The notes under the pieces were generated by a model. The model made no database searches. It saw nothing but the letters and a program-made list of their open reading frames with translations, and was not told the DNA's origin. From NCBI GenBank assembly GCA_025558095.1, contig JAIVFI010000020.1:496001-560000 (forward strand): a stretch of DNA of 64,000 nt, read 5' to 3'. Numbering within the stretch: the stretch's first letter is position 1; each line of letters begins with the position of its first letter. Below, one piece after another: positions 46,501 to 58,305 of this stretch. Origin of the DNA: Hyaloraphidium curvatum SAG 235-1. Taxonomy: Eukaryota > Fungi > Monoblepharomycota. The translations under genes and the position numbers were made by a program.

Positions 46501-47421
46501 GCTCCGCCAAGCTCTGTCCGTTCACCGCGCGCACCGCCGAGGTCTTCCCCAAGACAGCTGCGACAGTCCGATCCGATGTCAGCAGCTCCATGCTCCACTT
46601 CTCTCTCGGAACGTGGGGGAAAACCGCGCGCAGCTTGCTGTCGGCGATTCCCGCGGGCGACGTGCTGTCGTTGTGGGTGCGGATCGTGCCGTCCTCGGCG
46701 ACCAGATCGTCGAGGGACAGCTTGATCTCCGTGCGCCTGCAATCGTGGTGATCAGCGCACCGATCACTGACGCTTGATGCTGCAAACGCACCATTCGGTC
46801 TCGGTCATGAACTCGATCTCTGCGCTGTACTCGCCGGGTGCCTTGCAGTACGACAGCTCGATCACGGCCGCAGTGCACGCTTCCCCGTGGCCCGCGGTGG
46901 GCATGATCTCCTCCCCGAGCAACGCGTTGAGGGTGGCGGACTTGCCGGCACCGGTGTTGCCCACGACTGCGATGATTGTCGGGGGCAGGACGGCCTGCGG
47001 TGCAGGGGATGGATTCCCCGCAGGCTCGTCAACGATGACGTGTAGGAGCCCGGCCAGCTCGGTCGACCCGGCGCACCTTTGCGAGGAGCTCCGACGCTTC
47101 CTTGACCCAAACTTCCGTCCGCTGGGGTGCCCCAATATCCTTGGCCACGAGTTTCTGCGCGTCGAGGATGATTGCCCTGGCGCCTTCGATGGTGCGTTCC
47201 GGGACCAGGTCGGCAGCCTCCTGCGCGCCGGCAGCGGCTCGTGGCTTCTTGGACGTGCGCCGCTCCGGCTCATCGACGGGGAAGATGGCGTTTTCGAGGC
47301 CCTGCGAGGCCGAATCGCCCGCGGCGGCGAGCGTCTGCCCGGCGGCCGCCGCGTCGATATCCATCGCGCGAGTCTCATCCGGCCGCTCGGCGGCGACGAC
47401 GGGACGCGGCTCTGCCGACAT
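43545..47421 (-). CDS. Dynamin-superfamily P-loop GTPase, nuclear SLIP-GC (NUGGC)-like
   Basis: GNTGAGKSATLNALLG, ACTA..IEL, AEIEF, WPLVKKV, DLPG.GDAN.AR, ADITRA, CTKTD, R.MCAKARN, VFTVSS.DY, TEIP.L; about a dozen short introns; long helical C-terminus. Confidence 0.82.
43988..44071. repeat. Intronic minisatellite, 4 x 21 nt (gtcggatgcggaacggcaccc)
   Basis: Four perfect copies inside minus-strand intron 43965-44080. Confidence 0.95.
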
Positions 47422-48035
47422 CGCGCTTCCGACGGCCGGCAAATGGAGTGCGCGTGCTCGGCCGCTGCAATTTCCGAGTGAGGCGTCCGTGGGCGACAGT
47501 TGTTGTGTTTTGGCGTCGCCACCGACCCGCCGTTCCCGGAATCTATGAAGCGGACTAGAAGCACTGCCATTCTTAGCATGCACATGCGAAGTCGAAGTTC
47601 TTCCGACATCAGAGCGGTTTGCCACCGCTTCTTCGCGCTAGGGGATTACACTGATCCCCGATCACTGGCCTCAACTCGGCCCAGGCCCGCCGCCCTCCGC
47701 TTTCCCTTCCTTGACCTTTCCCTTTGCCTGGCCCTCCTGCCCACCGTCGTCCTCGGCTGTTTGACTTGCGAATGAGACACTCTGTGACCAACGGCCCTCG
47801 AGAAGATGGAGTCCGACTCCAAAGAAGAGATCCGCTCAGGCCCCGTCATCCGATCCAGAGTCATCGCCCGATCCGGAACCATCACTAGGTGGACGCTGGC
47901 GAGGTTTGCGGCCGCGAACGGGCTCCTCGGCCGGCCGGCGGGCGTGGACGGCGGCGCTGCACGAGGTCGTCGCCGCGGCCACGAGATTCTGATCGACGAA
48001 TACCTGTCGGTAGTTCCCGTTGCTGGCGACGGCGG

Positions 48036-48095
48036 CGAATGGTAGGCGAGCAGTAGACCCATGTCCGAATGGTAGGCGAGCAGCAGATCCATGTA
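48036..48095. repeat. Tandem duplication, 2 x 30 nt
   Basis: cgaatggtaggcgagcagtagacccatgtc followed by cgaatggtaggcgagcagcagatccatgta. Confidence 0.9.
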
Positions 48096-48431
48096 TTGCA
48101 TGAAGACGATCAAACGTCCACAGCCCTCGATCCGGGGAATCGCGAATCAGGCCAAACGCACGTACTGCCTGATCCATCGAGACGACCGGACTGCTGTCCT
48201 CGCGCAAATTGCGGATCAATGCTGCGCCCTCTTGGTGGGCCGAGCCACGCTTCCGATCGGAAGACGGCCGGTCAGCCACACCCGCCACGGACCCGCCCAG
48301 GCATTGCCCCACATAGCCGCCCGCACAACCCATAAGCTTATAAAAGGCCGCGTCTCGCTCTCCCGAGCTCGCAACTGCATTCTATGACCCCAGCGAACGA
48401 ACCGCCTGCGCCTTTTCCGCCCCGCACCGCG

Positions 48432-49603
48432 ATGCGCCCCGCCATGCCCACCCTCGCCCGCAGCCTCCCCGCGCTCCTCCTCGCCCTCCTCGCCGCCCCC
48501 CTCGCGAGCGCACAGTCCTCCTTCCAGCTATCCTTCAACCAAACGACCGTCGCTGGCCGCACCGTGTGCCGCGAGACGTCCTCCATGTCGGCGGTCTCGA
48601 TACAGACCTCGGAGGCGTGGGACTGCCCCGGCCCGTGCCCCTTCGCGCAGCTGAGCCAGAGCGCGGACTGGCGGTGGACGGGGACGACCAACACGAGCGG
48701 GCTGCTCGTCAGGGCGACGTCGGACAACGTCACGTGGGTCTTTGTGCCGTGCGGCGCGTCCCGGTTGCGGAGCCCGACGCGACGCGTTTTTTCCGGGAAC
48801 AGGTGCCCCGAGGTGCTCAAGAAGGGCACGTGCGTGCAGAGCGAGGTCGACCAGTGCAGATACCTGGGCGTCAAATACGAGACGTACAGCTTCCAGGATG
48901 GCCCCACGCCCGACCGGTCCGAGACGATTTCGTGCTATGGCGGCGAGCCGGGCGTCTGCACGTGGTGTAAGTGTCCCTCACGGTGCCGTTCCGAAGCTTC
49001 GGTGGCTGATCCGGTCGCGGTACGGCAGATTACGACGCGGACTGCACGCAGATTGTCCCCCCCGGCGTCGCGGCCAACAGGACTGTGGCCAACTGCACCG
49101 TGGCGTTGCCTACGACGCCCCAGCAAGCATGTACGTGGCGCTATCGGCCCATCCCGTGTGATATCTGACCATGATTTTGGTGGACAGGGAGCGGATGGTG
49201 CCTCGCGGCCTACCAGGTGCTCTACGAGGGCGCCACGCCCAACTGCTCCGCAACGTCGGCGAGCAGCATCGCGACGGCGACGACATTGGTCACCAGCATC
49301 GTGCCGACCGTCAGCTCCGTACCACTGACCGCCACCTCGGCGCCGACCACCGCGACCGGCACCACCACCGCGTCATCGACCTCGGCCGCGGCGACGACTC
49401 CGCTCTCCAGCATCGCGTCGCCGACCGCCGTCTCCAGCACCGCCTCGGCGACCGCCGTCTCCACGAGCGTGGCACCGACCTCGACGAGCGCGGCGCCGAC
49501 CTCGACTTCGCGGCCGTCTTCCGGGAGGAGGGAGTCCGGATCCGCGGGGTGGGCCGTCGCGCTTGCGGGCTGCGCGGCGGGGCTCGTGGGGCTGCTCGGG
49601 TAG
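48432..49603 (+). CDS. Secreted Cys-rich, Ser/Thr-rich, probably GPI-anchored surface protein
   Basis: Signal peptide, multi-exon Cys-rich domain, S/T stalk, terminal hydrophobic tail WAVALAGCAAGLVGLLG. Confidence 0.75.
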
Positions 49604-49887
49604 GCGGAACCGCAGAGAGTAGCTTGAATACCAACCGAAATCGTTTAATTTACGTGGCTTATTTGATCATTGCTGCTTATTGAGCCTTTGGTTTTCTTGT
49701 CGGAGTGGTGACCGCGAGGGGGTTGGTGCCCCATCCCCCGCGAAGCTGCCCATCCCGGCTCCAGACCCCGGGAGCGACCAGAGCACGCAGACTGCAGTAC
49801 AAATGAAAAGTCAACGGCCCGAACGGCCGACGTGTCTTCGTGAGCACGCAGGAAACCCCTTGCCGGCAAACAAGTGCCTCGACAACA

Positions 49888-51879
49888 ATGGGCGACGCCC
49901 GGCCGGCGGAGCCCGGCGGCGGCCCGCCCCCGTCGCTGCCGGGCGTGGGCGCGCTGTTTGGCGGCGGGGGAGCCCGGCCGCGGCCGGCTGATCCGTGGGA
50001 CGCGTGGCGCCCGCGCGATGGCCCGCCGCCGCTGCGGCCCGCGGGCACGTGGCCGCCCGACGCGGCGCGGAGCATCGAGCGCGCGCTCGAGATCGGGCAG
50101 CAGAGCAGCGCGTACGGCGGCTACGGCGCCGTGTACGCCAACGCGCAGGGCACCGTGCGGCCCGCGATCGCGACCAACGCCGGCCCGTACGCCGCGAATG
50201 CAAATCAGGCGATGTCGCAGCGGCCCGTCGGCACGCCCCAGGTGGCGGTCGGGCCGCCGCCGGGCTCCCCGCCGTCGGCGCCCGATTTTTCCGGGTGGGG
50301 CTCCGCGTGGGCGCGGACGCAGCAGGTGCACCAGGCCATGCAGATGCAGCAGATGCAGCAGGCGCACCTCGCCCAGCAGGCGCGGCAGGGCATGATGCCG
50401 CCTGCCGGCGCGTCGCCCTCGGGCCTGCCGTCGCCGACGGGGCAGTCGCCGACGGGCCAGGTGTCGCCGACCAACCAGACGCCGCCGCAGATGCTGCCGC
50501 CGGGGCCGCAGATGCCGCAAATGAACCAACTGCCGCATGGCATGCAGCGCCCGCTGATGCCGATGAACTACAGGCCGCCGTCGTCTTTCATGCCGGGCGG
50601 CCGGCCGCCGATGCCTCCGTTCTACCCTGGACTGCCGCCGGGACAACTGCCGCCCGGACAACTGCTTCCGGGGCAACAACCCGGGCAGCTGCCGCCCCTC
50701 CAAGGACACCCATCGCAGCCGCTGCAGGGCCGGCCCTCCGGGCACCCCGCTGGCCGGCCGCAGGGACCCGTGCACTTCCCGCCGGGCTTTTCCATCACCC
50801 CCGCGCCGCGACCCCTGCCCCCCGTGCGCGGCGGCCCCATCCCCGGCACCCCCGGCGCCCCACCCTACCCTCCCCGCCCCGTTGCGCAGCCTGGCGCCCG
50901 CCCCGCACGCCCTTACCAACCCCGCCCCCCGCGCCCCCGCGCTGCCCCGACAAAACCCCGCCCCCCGTCCTCCCCCCCGCTCTCTCTCCCGCGGCGCAAC
51001 GACCCCTTCCCCGAATGTCCCCCCGACGACCCCACCGCCGTGGAGCTCCCGCACCCCATCACCCCCGAGGACATCCGCCGCCGCCTGCACGCGGACGGCA
51101 CCTTCGACGCCCTCCGCCGCCGTGCCCTGGCGGACCTCATGGCTTCCCCGCTGGGCATGCAGCTCCGCGACCTCGTCGCGGAGATGGCGCGCACCTTTGC
51201 TTCGCAGCGCCCCGGCGCGGACCGCGCGCGGCTCGAGGCCGAGTGCGCCGCGTCGCTCGGTTCGGGCTTGATGGCCGTGGACGGCGTGGCGGACGGGGTG
51301 GCGGGGTTCGTGGCGCGGTGGGCGGCGGGGATCAAGGGCACCGTGGCGGCGTCGCTGGATTCGCTGGCGGGGTTCCCCGTGGGGGGCGGCGGCAGCCCGA
51401 CGGTGCGGAGGCGGTGGCCCGGGGGTGTGCCGGGGGCCGAGTCGCCGCTGCGTTCGCCGCGGCCGGATGCGGAGCGGGAGGAGGAGAGGAAGGAGAGGGA
51501 GAGGGCGGAGAGGGAGGCGCTGGCGGTGAGGGAGAGGGAGGCGGCGGCGGTGCTGAGGGAGCCGCCGACGGGGGAGCTGGGGAGCTCGCCGTCGGCGGGG
51601 CCGGTGCCCGCGGCGGCGGTGCCCGAACCGCTGCCGCTGGTTGCGGAGGAGAAGCCCGCGGAAGGGGCGGATGTGAAGATGGAGGCTGTGCAGGGCGAGG
51701 AGTCGGCCGCTGCGCCGGGAGGTGCCGCGGACACGGGGTCGGAGGCGACAGAGTCGGACCCGCCTTCCGCGGGGGCGGCCAAACGGGCCGCCGAGGACGA
51801 GGGCGAGCAGGACGGCGAGGCAAAGAGGAGGAGGGTCGAGGAGGGCGAGGGTGAGGGCGATGGGGCGGGGACGGGTTGA
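49888..51879 (+). CDS. Pro/Gln-rich protein with BOD1/Shg1-like (COMPASS) domain
   Basis: TPEDIRRRLHADGTFDALRRRALADL resembles the Shg1/BOD1 G.FD.LRR motif; long low-complexity flanks; bipartite NLS-like KR...KRRR. Confidence 0.62.
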   Translation: MGDARPAEPGGGPPPSLPGVGALFGGGGARPRPADPWDAWRPRDGPPPLRPAGTWPPDAARSIERALEIGQQSSAYGGYGAVYANAQGTVRPAIATNAGPYAANANQAMSQRPVGTPQVAVGPPPGSPPSAPDFSGWGSAWARTQQVHQAMQMQQMQQAHLAQQARQGMMPPAGASPSGLPSPTGQSPTGQVSPTNQTPPQMLPPGPQMPQMNQLPHGMQRPLMPMNYRPPSSFMPGGRPPMPPFYPGLPPGQLPPGQLLPGQQPGQLPPLQGHPSQPLQGRPSGHPAGRPQGPVHFPPGFSITPAPRPLPPVRGGPIPGTPGAPPYPPRPVAQPGARPARPYQPRPPRPRAAPTKPRPPSSPPLSLPRRNDPFPECPPDDPTAVELPHPITPEDIRRRLHADGTFDALRRRALADLMASPLGMQLRDLVAEMARTFASQRPGADRARLEAECAASLGSGLMAVDGVADGVAGFVARWAAGIKGTVAASLDSLAGFPVGGGGSPTVRRRWPGGVPGAESPLRSPRPDAEREEERKERERAEREALAVREREAAAVLREPPTGELGSSPSAGPVPAAAVPEPLPLVAEEKPAEGADVKMEAVQGEESAAAPGGAADTGSEATESDPPSAGAAKRAAEDEGEQDGEAKRRRVEEGEGEGDGAGTG

Positions 51880-52442
51880 GGTTGGTGATCCGGGCTCAAT
51901 GTAGCCGCCAGTGCCAAGAAAAGGGGCAAACGGCCATGGCGATCGACGAGCGGTAATTGTCCTGAGCAAGACGAAGCTACCTGCCGACTATCGGTGTCCG
52001 CCTATCGCAGATGGCTCCGCCAACGCAGGGGCTCCTTTGAGAACACGGGCAGGTAGTCGGCCAGATCGATGCCCACCTTGGGCAGATCATCGTGCACCGC
52101 ACTCGTCCACGCCGGCTGCCCCGCGAGCCGGTTTGCTGCCACAAACCTCGCCAAAGCATTGTACAGGCATCCGTGAACCGGGCCGGGCCGCGCTGCAGCT
52201 TGGTGCTGTATTTCCTCAGGCCCGAGAGCAGCCAAGTCAAGGCCGAGGGCCGCGCGTGGTCGCTTCGCTGTTGCACGCATCGCGTTGCAGAACATGACAT
52301 CACACTCCTATTGCATGCCTGTGGCCTCGGATGCGTCGGGAGGAAGTCAGTCAGACAGGTCCGCAAATCCGTCAGTCAAGAGTTTCAGTCAATCACGGGG
52401 GCAGCGATAGCGCCCCGGTCAGGCACCGTTCTCATCGCCATC

Positions 52443-54499
52443 ATGCCGCGATTAACGCTGCTGGTTGCGCTTCTCGCCGCCGCGGCGACTCTGACGCTCT
52501 GCCTCGGGTCAGCCCCGGGCGCCGCCGGGGCCGCGGTCCCGGCGCTGCCTCCCGCGGCCGGGGCGCTCGACGGGGCGCTCGACGCGCCTGCCCCGTTCGC
52601 GCCTGTGCAGAACGGCCGGCTTGAGCGGCGTCAGAAGGGTGCGTATGGATCTCGATGGGCTTGCGATGGCCATCGATATCGGCCGCACTGCTGTGTTCTA
52701 GCGGAGGATCCTGACATCCTTTCTTCACCACCACAGCGAAGAAAACGACGGCCAAGAAACGCACGACGACAAAGCGGAAGAAGACGACGACCAAGCGCAG
52801 GAAGAGTACGACGAAGCGCAGGGTCGTGACAACCAAGAAGGGCGCCGCCGTGCGGCAGACATCCAAGGCCCTCCGAGCCGTCATCACCACCAAGAAGGGC
52901 CTCGCGGCGACGACCCCGCGGCCGACGAGCACCACGACCACCTTGACCACGTCTACGACGAGCCAGACCACCTCGACGACCAGCCAGACCTCGACGACCA
53001 CCAGTCAGACCACGTCGACCACCAGTCAGACCACGTCCACGGCTACCCCGACGGTGAGTCCAGGCGTCACATTCGTTTCGTCGTACGGAGCCGGTCCTAA
53101 TAGCCCGCTCTGCAGCCCATGGATCACGCTGAGATCGGGATCACCTCCTACGAGGAGTTTGACCTGAGGTTCCCGGGGCTGGGCAACGAAGTGTCGCTCG
53201 AGGTCGGCCGGGGCTTTAGCGTGTGGCTGCGCTACTTCTACGCCAATGGAACCGAGTACGGGATCTCCTGGAACGAGCCAGAGACCGTCATCTTGAACCA
53301 AACCAACCGCACGGTGATTCGCAATCTGTACCAAGGTAAGGGCGTCGGGGCGGAATCCACTTCGTCGCATTGATCCCGTGCCACAAGACCAAAGCCGCCT
53401 ATACTCAGCACGGGCACAGAGCGTGGGAACGGCATTGATCTACGGGGAGTTCCGTGGAAGCTCCGCCAGCGTCACCGTGCGCACGGTTCTACCCCTGATC
53501 GCCTTTTGCAACGTCACAGCACGGCGCGATGGAAACGGATTTCCCAACGTCAACGTACCGCAAGTTCCGGCTGGCTCAACCCCGTCCTTCGAGTTCGCAT
53601 GCTTCCGCTCCGACGGCTCCGAGGTCAAAACCGCCAACGTTACCTGGCTCTCCAACCGACCCGACCTGGTGAACATCACAGGAACCAGCTACACCCAGTA
53701 TAGCCCTAACACTGGAAGCGTCGGCTATTCGAGGTGCTCGATGCAGCTCGGCCAGGCCACGATCATCGCAACGGACTGGGGCCTCCAGCAGACCGCATCC
53801 GTGGCGGTGACTGTCGTACCGGTGCAGGTCAACCTCCAATGCTCCGTGAGCATAACAGGGTCTTCAAACCTGGACAGGAGCGAGTGGGGAGCCCTGGACA
53901 ATGTGTGCTTCGAACTGATTTGCAAGAATGCCGCGGACGGATCCGAAATTCTGCGCGAGCCTGCCGGTGGCGATCAAGTTATCTTTACCAGCAACAACTC
54001 CGCGGTGGTGGTACCGAATGCGCGCTGCAAGTGGTTCGATGCACCCGGTCCGGTGGAGATTTCGGCGTCCTTCAATGGGCAACAACAAGCTTTCGTCGGC
54101 ACTTTCTCATTCACGCCTGACAGCGTGAACGTGGGACCCCGCCCGGCGTTACACTCGTGCTGGTTGAGGGCAGGCGAATTTGATCAATACGGCTATTTGC
54201 GCTCAGAGGACGACACTTTTGTGCTGGACCCCGATCGGCCCGCTAGGCCACTGGTGATTTTACTCGGCTGCTACCGGGACGTGTACAGCGGCCCCCTCTA
54301 CCTACGAGCCTGGGACAGCAACGGCCTGGTGTCCTGGAACGTGATCGGCTACCCCGATGGGCCCGCGGGGCCAACTGATTGCGATGGCTACGATGGCTAT
54401 TCATGCCAAATGAAGCTGGTGCCCAGGACGAGGGCCAACTTCACGGTCGAGGCGACCGTTGACGGCTTTACGACAAACGTGACCGTCGCAGTGGTTTAG
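52443..54499 (+). CDS. Secreted protein with polybasic/Thr-rich stalk and Ig-like beta-rich repeats
   Basis: Signal peptide, LERRQ dibasic site, K/R/T-rich exon, repeats with VTWLSN.PDLV, GQATIIAT, SVAVTV; three introns. Confidence 0.65.
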
Positions 54500-55391
54500 G
54501 TGGGGAAGAGGTGCGTGAGCTGTTGTTGCGCACCCCAGGCCGCGGAGCACATAACTCTATGCTTTGCCCAAGTCAGTTATGCCCCTCCTCCGTTGGAAGT
54601 ATCTGCTACGAGTTCTGGGGCTCGCAGCACAAGTCGCAACGGCACAGAGTGTATTCGCCCCGTTTTGTTCTATAGACCGAAAAGTCCTTCTCTCCGCCCC
54701 TACCGAATCACATTTGTATGCTGCCGATCCGGGGCATCCGTTGGATCCCACGCATTACCCGGAACCGACGACGGCTCAGCGCGGCCATCAGCCCTGACGC
54801 GACCGCCGGAGCTCCTTCCAGCCCGTTGCAGGGACAGGGAACGCCGTTTGGGCGGGCAGCCTACTACCCTCCCTGGATCCATCATTGCTCGCCCCGGAGC
54901 CTCGCCGCGTCCGCAAGCACTCTCCTCTCGGCCGTTCATCGCCCGGAGGCCCGTGCTTGAGGAGGCGGCTCCTGAGCGGGTACGTGACGTGCCAGATCGC
55001 GGCCTCGAGCCAAGAGGGGACAGGGGGAATTAGGACGCCGTGTGCCAGAACTGAAAGTCCAACGCAGGCGGGGGAGCAAGACGCGACGGGCAGGCGGCGC
55101 CGGCGCCAACGGAGCTGCCAACGCCGGTGGCGAGGGAGGAAATTTCAGGTGAGGAAGGCAAGTGAAAAGCCCGCCGGGAGTAGAGAGCTGATGGCCACAA
55201 GCCGGGGTCTGCCTAAGCGTCTCGATCCACGTCCGGAGCATGATCTCCTGTGTCAGCTCCGGTCGCGCTGGTGGCGCGCCTCTGTTTTGCCGGCGGCTCG
55301 GAAGTCGGGGGGCAGCTGACGCGGAGTGGCGCCGGTGGCAAGAGCGGCGGTGGTTCGCATTGCGTTTCCGCGCATCGCCGTCGAGCCGAGA

Positions 55392-56429
55392 ATGGCCCCT
55401 CTCCCGCTGCAGTATTTCGACGGCCGCACGGCGTCCGTCGAAGAAGTGAACCGCGCGATCCGCGAGGACGGCGCGGCGGTGGTCACCCATGCCGTGGCGC
55501 CCGCGACCTGCGACGCCGTCCTGGCGGAGCTGCGGCCGTTCCTCGACGCCTCGGCCCGGGGCACCGACCCGTTCTCCGGCCTCAACACGCGGCGGACCAC
55601 CGGGCTCATCGGGCGCAGCCGCACGTTCGGCGAGCAGTTCGCGCTCAACAGGTTCATGCTGGCCGCCGCGGGGGACACCCTGCTGCCCTACTGCGACCGC
55701 TTCCGCGTGATGGCCACGCAGGCGATCCACATCGGTCCCGGCTCGCCCGCGCAGCCGCTGCACCGCGACAGGGACGCCTGGGGCAGCACCGCGTGGCTCA
55801 AGGAGGAATGCGAGCCCGAACTGGGATCCATGTGGGCGCTCACGGACTTTACGGAGGCCAACGGCGCTACCCGCGTCGTCCCTCGCACCCACATCCGCCC
55901 GCTGGATCGGGACTACGTGCCTTCGGAGTCGGACATGACGCTGGCGGTGATGCCGAAGGGCTCGGTCCTCATCTACACCGGCTCCGTGCTCCACTCGGGC
56001 GGCGCCAACACCACGGCCGACGAATGGCGGATGGGCGTCCACCTCAGCTACTCCCTCGGCTGGCTCCGTTCGCAGGAGAACCAGTACCTGAGCGTGCCGC
56101 CGCGCATCGCCCGCACCCTGGACCCGGACCTGCAGGAGCTCATCGGCTACTCCATGGCCCGCTTCGGCTTCGGCTACTTCGCCCTCCCGACCGTCGACGA
56201 CGTCAGGGCCGCCGGAGCGCTGCTGGGCCATCCCTCGCCGGGCGGGGGGGAGCTCCCGCGGGACCTCCGCGACGTGCTCAGCCCGGAGATCGCGCTGGGG
56301 AGGAAGCCGCGGCGGTGGGATCTGAGCGCGGGGGTGGACAGGAAGAGGAACTCAATGCAGAGCACGACGGCACTCAAGGAGGCGGCGGAAAGGGAAGCCA
56401 AGGGGAGCAAAGCCGGAGCCAAGCTGTGA
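55392..56429 (+). CDS. Phytanoyl-CoA dioxygenase family (Fe/2OG), intronless
   Basis: IGPG..AQPLHRD, ALTDFTEANGATRVVP, GSVLHSGGAN, GWLRSQENQYL. Confidence 0.9.
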   Translation: MAPLPLQYFDGRTASVEEVNRAIREDGAAVVTHAVAPATCDAVLAELRPFLDASARGTDPFSGLNTRRTTGLIGRSRTFGEQFALNRFMLAAAGDTLLPYCDRFRVMATQAIHIGPGSPAQPLHRDRDAWGSTAWLKEECEPELGSMWALTDFTEANGATRVVPRTHIRPLDRDYVPSESDMTLAVMPKGSVLIYTGSVLHSGGANTTADEWRMGVHLSYSLGWLRSQENQYLSVPPRIARTLDPDLQELIGYSMARFGFGYFALPTVDDVRAAGALLGHPSPGGGELPRDLRDVLSPEIALGRKPRRWDLSAGVDRKRNSMQSTTALKEAAEREAKGSKAGAKL

Positions 56430-56482
56430 AATTGTGCGGTGTGTACGTACGTACGCAGTGCATCCATCGTCCTTCTGCAAGC

Positions 56483-57325
56483 CTACCTGACAGCGGATCC
56501 ACCCTTGCCTGGCCCGTCGGAGGCACCCAATGCCCTCCGCACCTCTTTCGCGAACGCGTCGGGCGCCTCCAGCTGTGCCATGTGCCCCACGCCAGGAAGG
56601 AGCACCACTTCCACGTCCGCGAAGCACGCCGCGAGCTCCCTCGCTTTGGCCTCGGGCAACGTCTTGTCCGCGGGTCCCCAGATGATCGTCGCGGGCACCT
56701 TGCGGTCGAGGAATTCCGGGGGGCCGGACCCGGCGATCGCGAGCATCAGCGACGTGAACGTCCCCGAGAGCCCCCTGGCCTCGGCGCGGAACGCGTCCGT
56801 GAGCACGCCCGTCTCGGCGATCATCGCCCGCAGGCCCGCGTCCGAGGACATGGCGCTGCCCATGGCGGCCCTGAGCGGGTACATGACGCGCCAGGCCATG
56901 GCTTTGCCGAGCCAGGTGGGAACGGGGGGAACCAGGCCGCCGTTGGCCAGGACCAGGCGCCCGACGCGGGCGGGGAAGTAAGAGGCGAAGGCGCGGGCCG
57001 CGGCGGCGCCGAAGGAGTTGCCGACGCAGGCGGCGAGGGAGGAAATGCCCAGGGCGTCGAGGATGGCGGCGGCCCAGCGCGCGAGGGAGGGCCAGCCGGG
57101 GTCGGGGAGGGCCGAGGAGCCTTCGTAGCCGGGCAGCGCGGGCGCGATCAAATGGAACGCGTCGGAGAGGCGTTCAATGAGGGGTCTCCAGTGTGTCATC
57201 GCGCCACCGAGGCCGCCGTGGACGAGCAGCACCGCGGGGAGCGAGGGGTCGCCGGAAACCCAGACGCGCGCGGCGCCGAACGGAGCGGCGAGCTGCACGT
57301 CGCGCTGCTCAATCGGCGGAGCCAT
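56483..57325 (-). CDS. Alpha/beta hydrolase, intronless
   Basis: LLVHGG, APALPGYEGS, GNSFG, WGPAD, GVGHMAQLEAP. Confidence 0.88.
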   Translation of the reverse strand: MAPPIEQRDVQLAAPFGAARVWVSGDPSLPAVLLVHGGLGGAMTHWRPLIERLSDAFHLIAPALPGYEGSSALPDPGWPSLARWAAAILDALGISSLAACVGNSFGAAAARAFASYFPARVGRLVLANGGLVPPVPTWLGKAMAWRVMYPLRAAMGSAMSSDAGLRAMIAETGVLTDAFRAEARGLSGTFTSLMLAIAGSGPPEFLDRKVPATIIWGPADKTLPEAKARELAACFADVEVVLLPGVGHMAQLEAPDAFAKEVRRALGASDGPGKGGSAVR

Positions 57326-57534
57326 CGCGGGCCGGAGATCGGGGCAGGACGCGGTGATCGGGCGCGGAGCTTCAGGCGCGGAGTAAACAGTGAACATCCG
57401 CAGCGGCTTCCCCACAGCTCGCCGGCGGTCCGACAGCGCCGCCAGGTGACTGCTGTCACTGCTCTTCAGAGCGCCCCCGCTTGTACCAGCCCCCGCCGGC
57501 CAACTGTGCCCCGCCGCCCGCCCATCCCCAAGCG

Positions 57535-58305
57535 ATGTCTCCCCCGGAAACCGCCGATTCCGGCGCCCCCGCCGAGTACCCGCACGAGCCCGGCTCCTTC
57601 AATCGCGTCCGTCGGATGCCCGAACGCGCGCGGTACGATCAGGAGTCGCTCTTTGCCATCCTGGACGCCGGCATCGTCGCCCACGTGGGGTTCGTGCTCG
57701 ACGGCCGGCCGATGGTCATCCCGATGGCGTACGGCAGGCTAGAAGATAAGCTGTACATCCACGGCTACATCAGGTGAGCCCCCGGAGGACCAGCTCCGGG
57801 TATTCCGAGCTCAACCCTCCCCTTCGAACCGCCTTCAAGCGGCCGCCTCCTCAAGCACCTCTCCTCCGACCCGCGCTGCACGCTCACCGTCACACTCGTC
57901 GACGGCCTCGTCTTTGCCCTCTCGGCATTCCACAACAGCATGAACTACCGCTCCGCCGTCGTCCACGGCCTCGCGTCGCCCGTCACCGACCCCGCCGAGA
58001 AGGAGGACGCGCTCCGCGCGGTCACGGACCACGTGTTCAAGGGGCGGTACGACGCAAGCAGGGCCGTGACCAAGACGGAGCTCAGGTCGACGGCGGTGCT
58101 GCGGGTCGAGATCGAGGCGGCGTCGTGCAAGATCCGGACGGGGCCGCCAAAGGACGACGCCGAGGACGAAACGGATGAAGAGCTGTGCGGGAGGCTGTGG
58201 ACGGGGGTGGTGGAGGTGCGGACCGAGTTCAAGGGGCTGACCCCGGGCGGGGCGGGGAAGGGGGACGATGCGGGGGCGAGGGGGTTGCTGGGCACGAGGG
58301 GATGA
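57535..58305 (+). CDS. Pyridoxamine 5'-phosphate oxidase-like flavin-binding protein (NimA-like)
   Basis: RVRRMPERARYD, AHVGF, LYIHG, DGLVFALSAFHNSMNYRSAVVHG, KIRTGPP; one intron. Confidence 0.88.

Noticed and set aside
47646-48387. Short ORFs between the GTPase and the GPI-type gene
   Set aside because: No recognisable motifs or consistent splice structure; possibly a decayed remnant.
49645-51969. Long antisense or alternative-frame ORFs (for example 774 aa here, 830 aa at 55250, 636 aa at 21576, 588 aa at 59236)
   Set aside because: Arg/Pro/Gly-rich shadows of real genes, expected from stop-codon scarcity at high GC.
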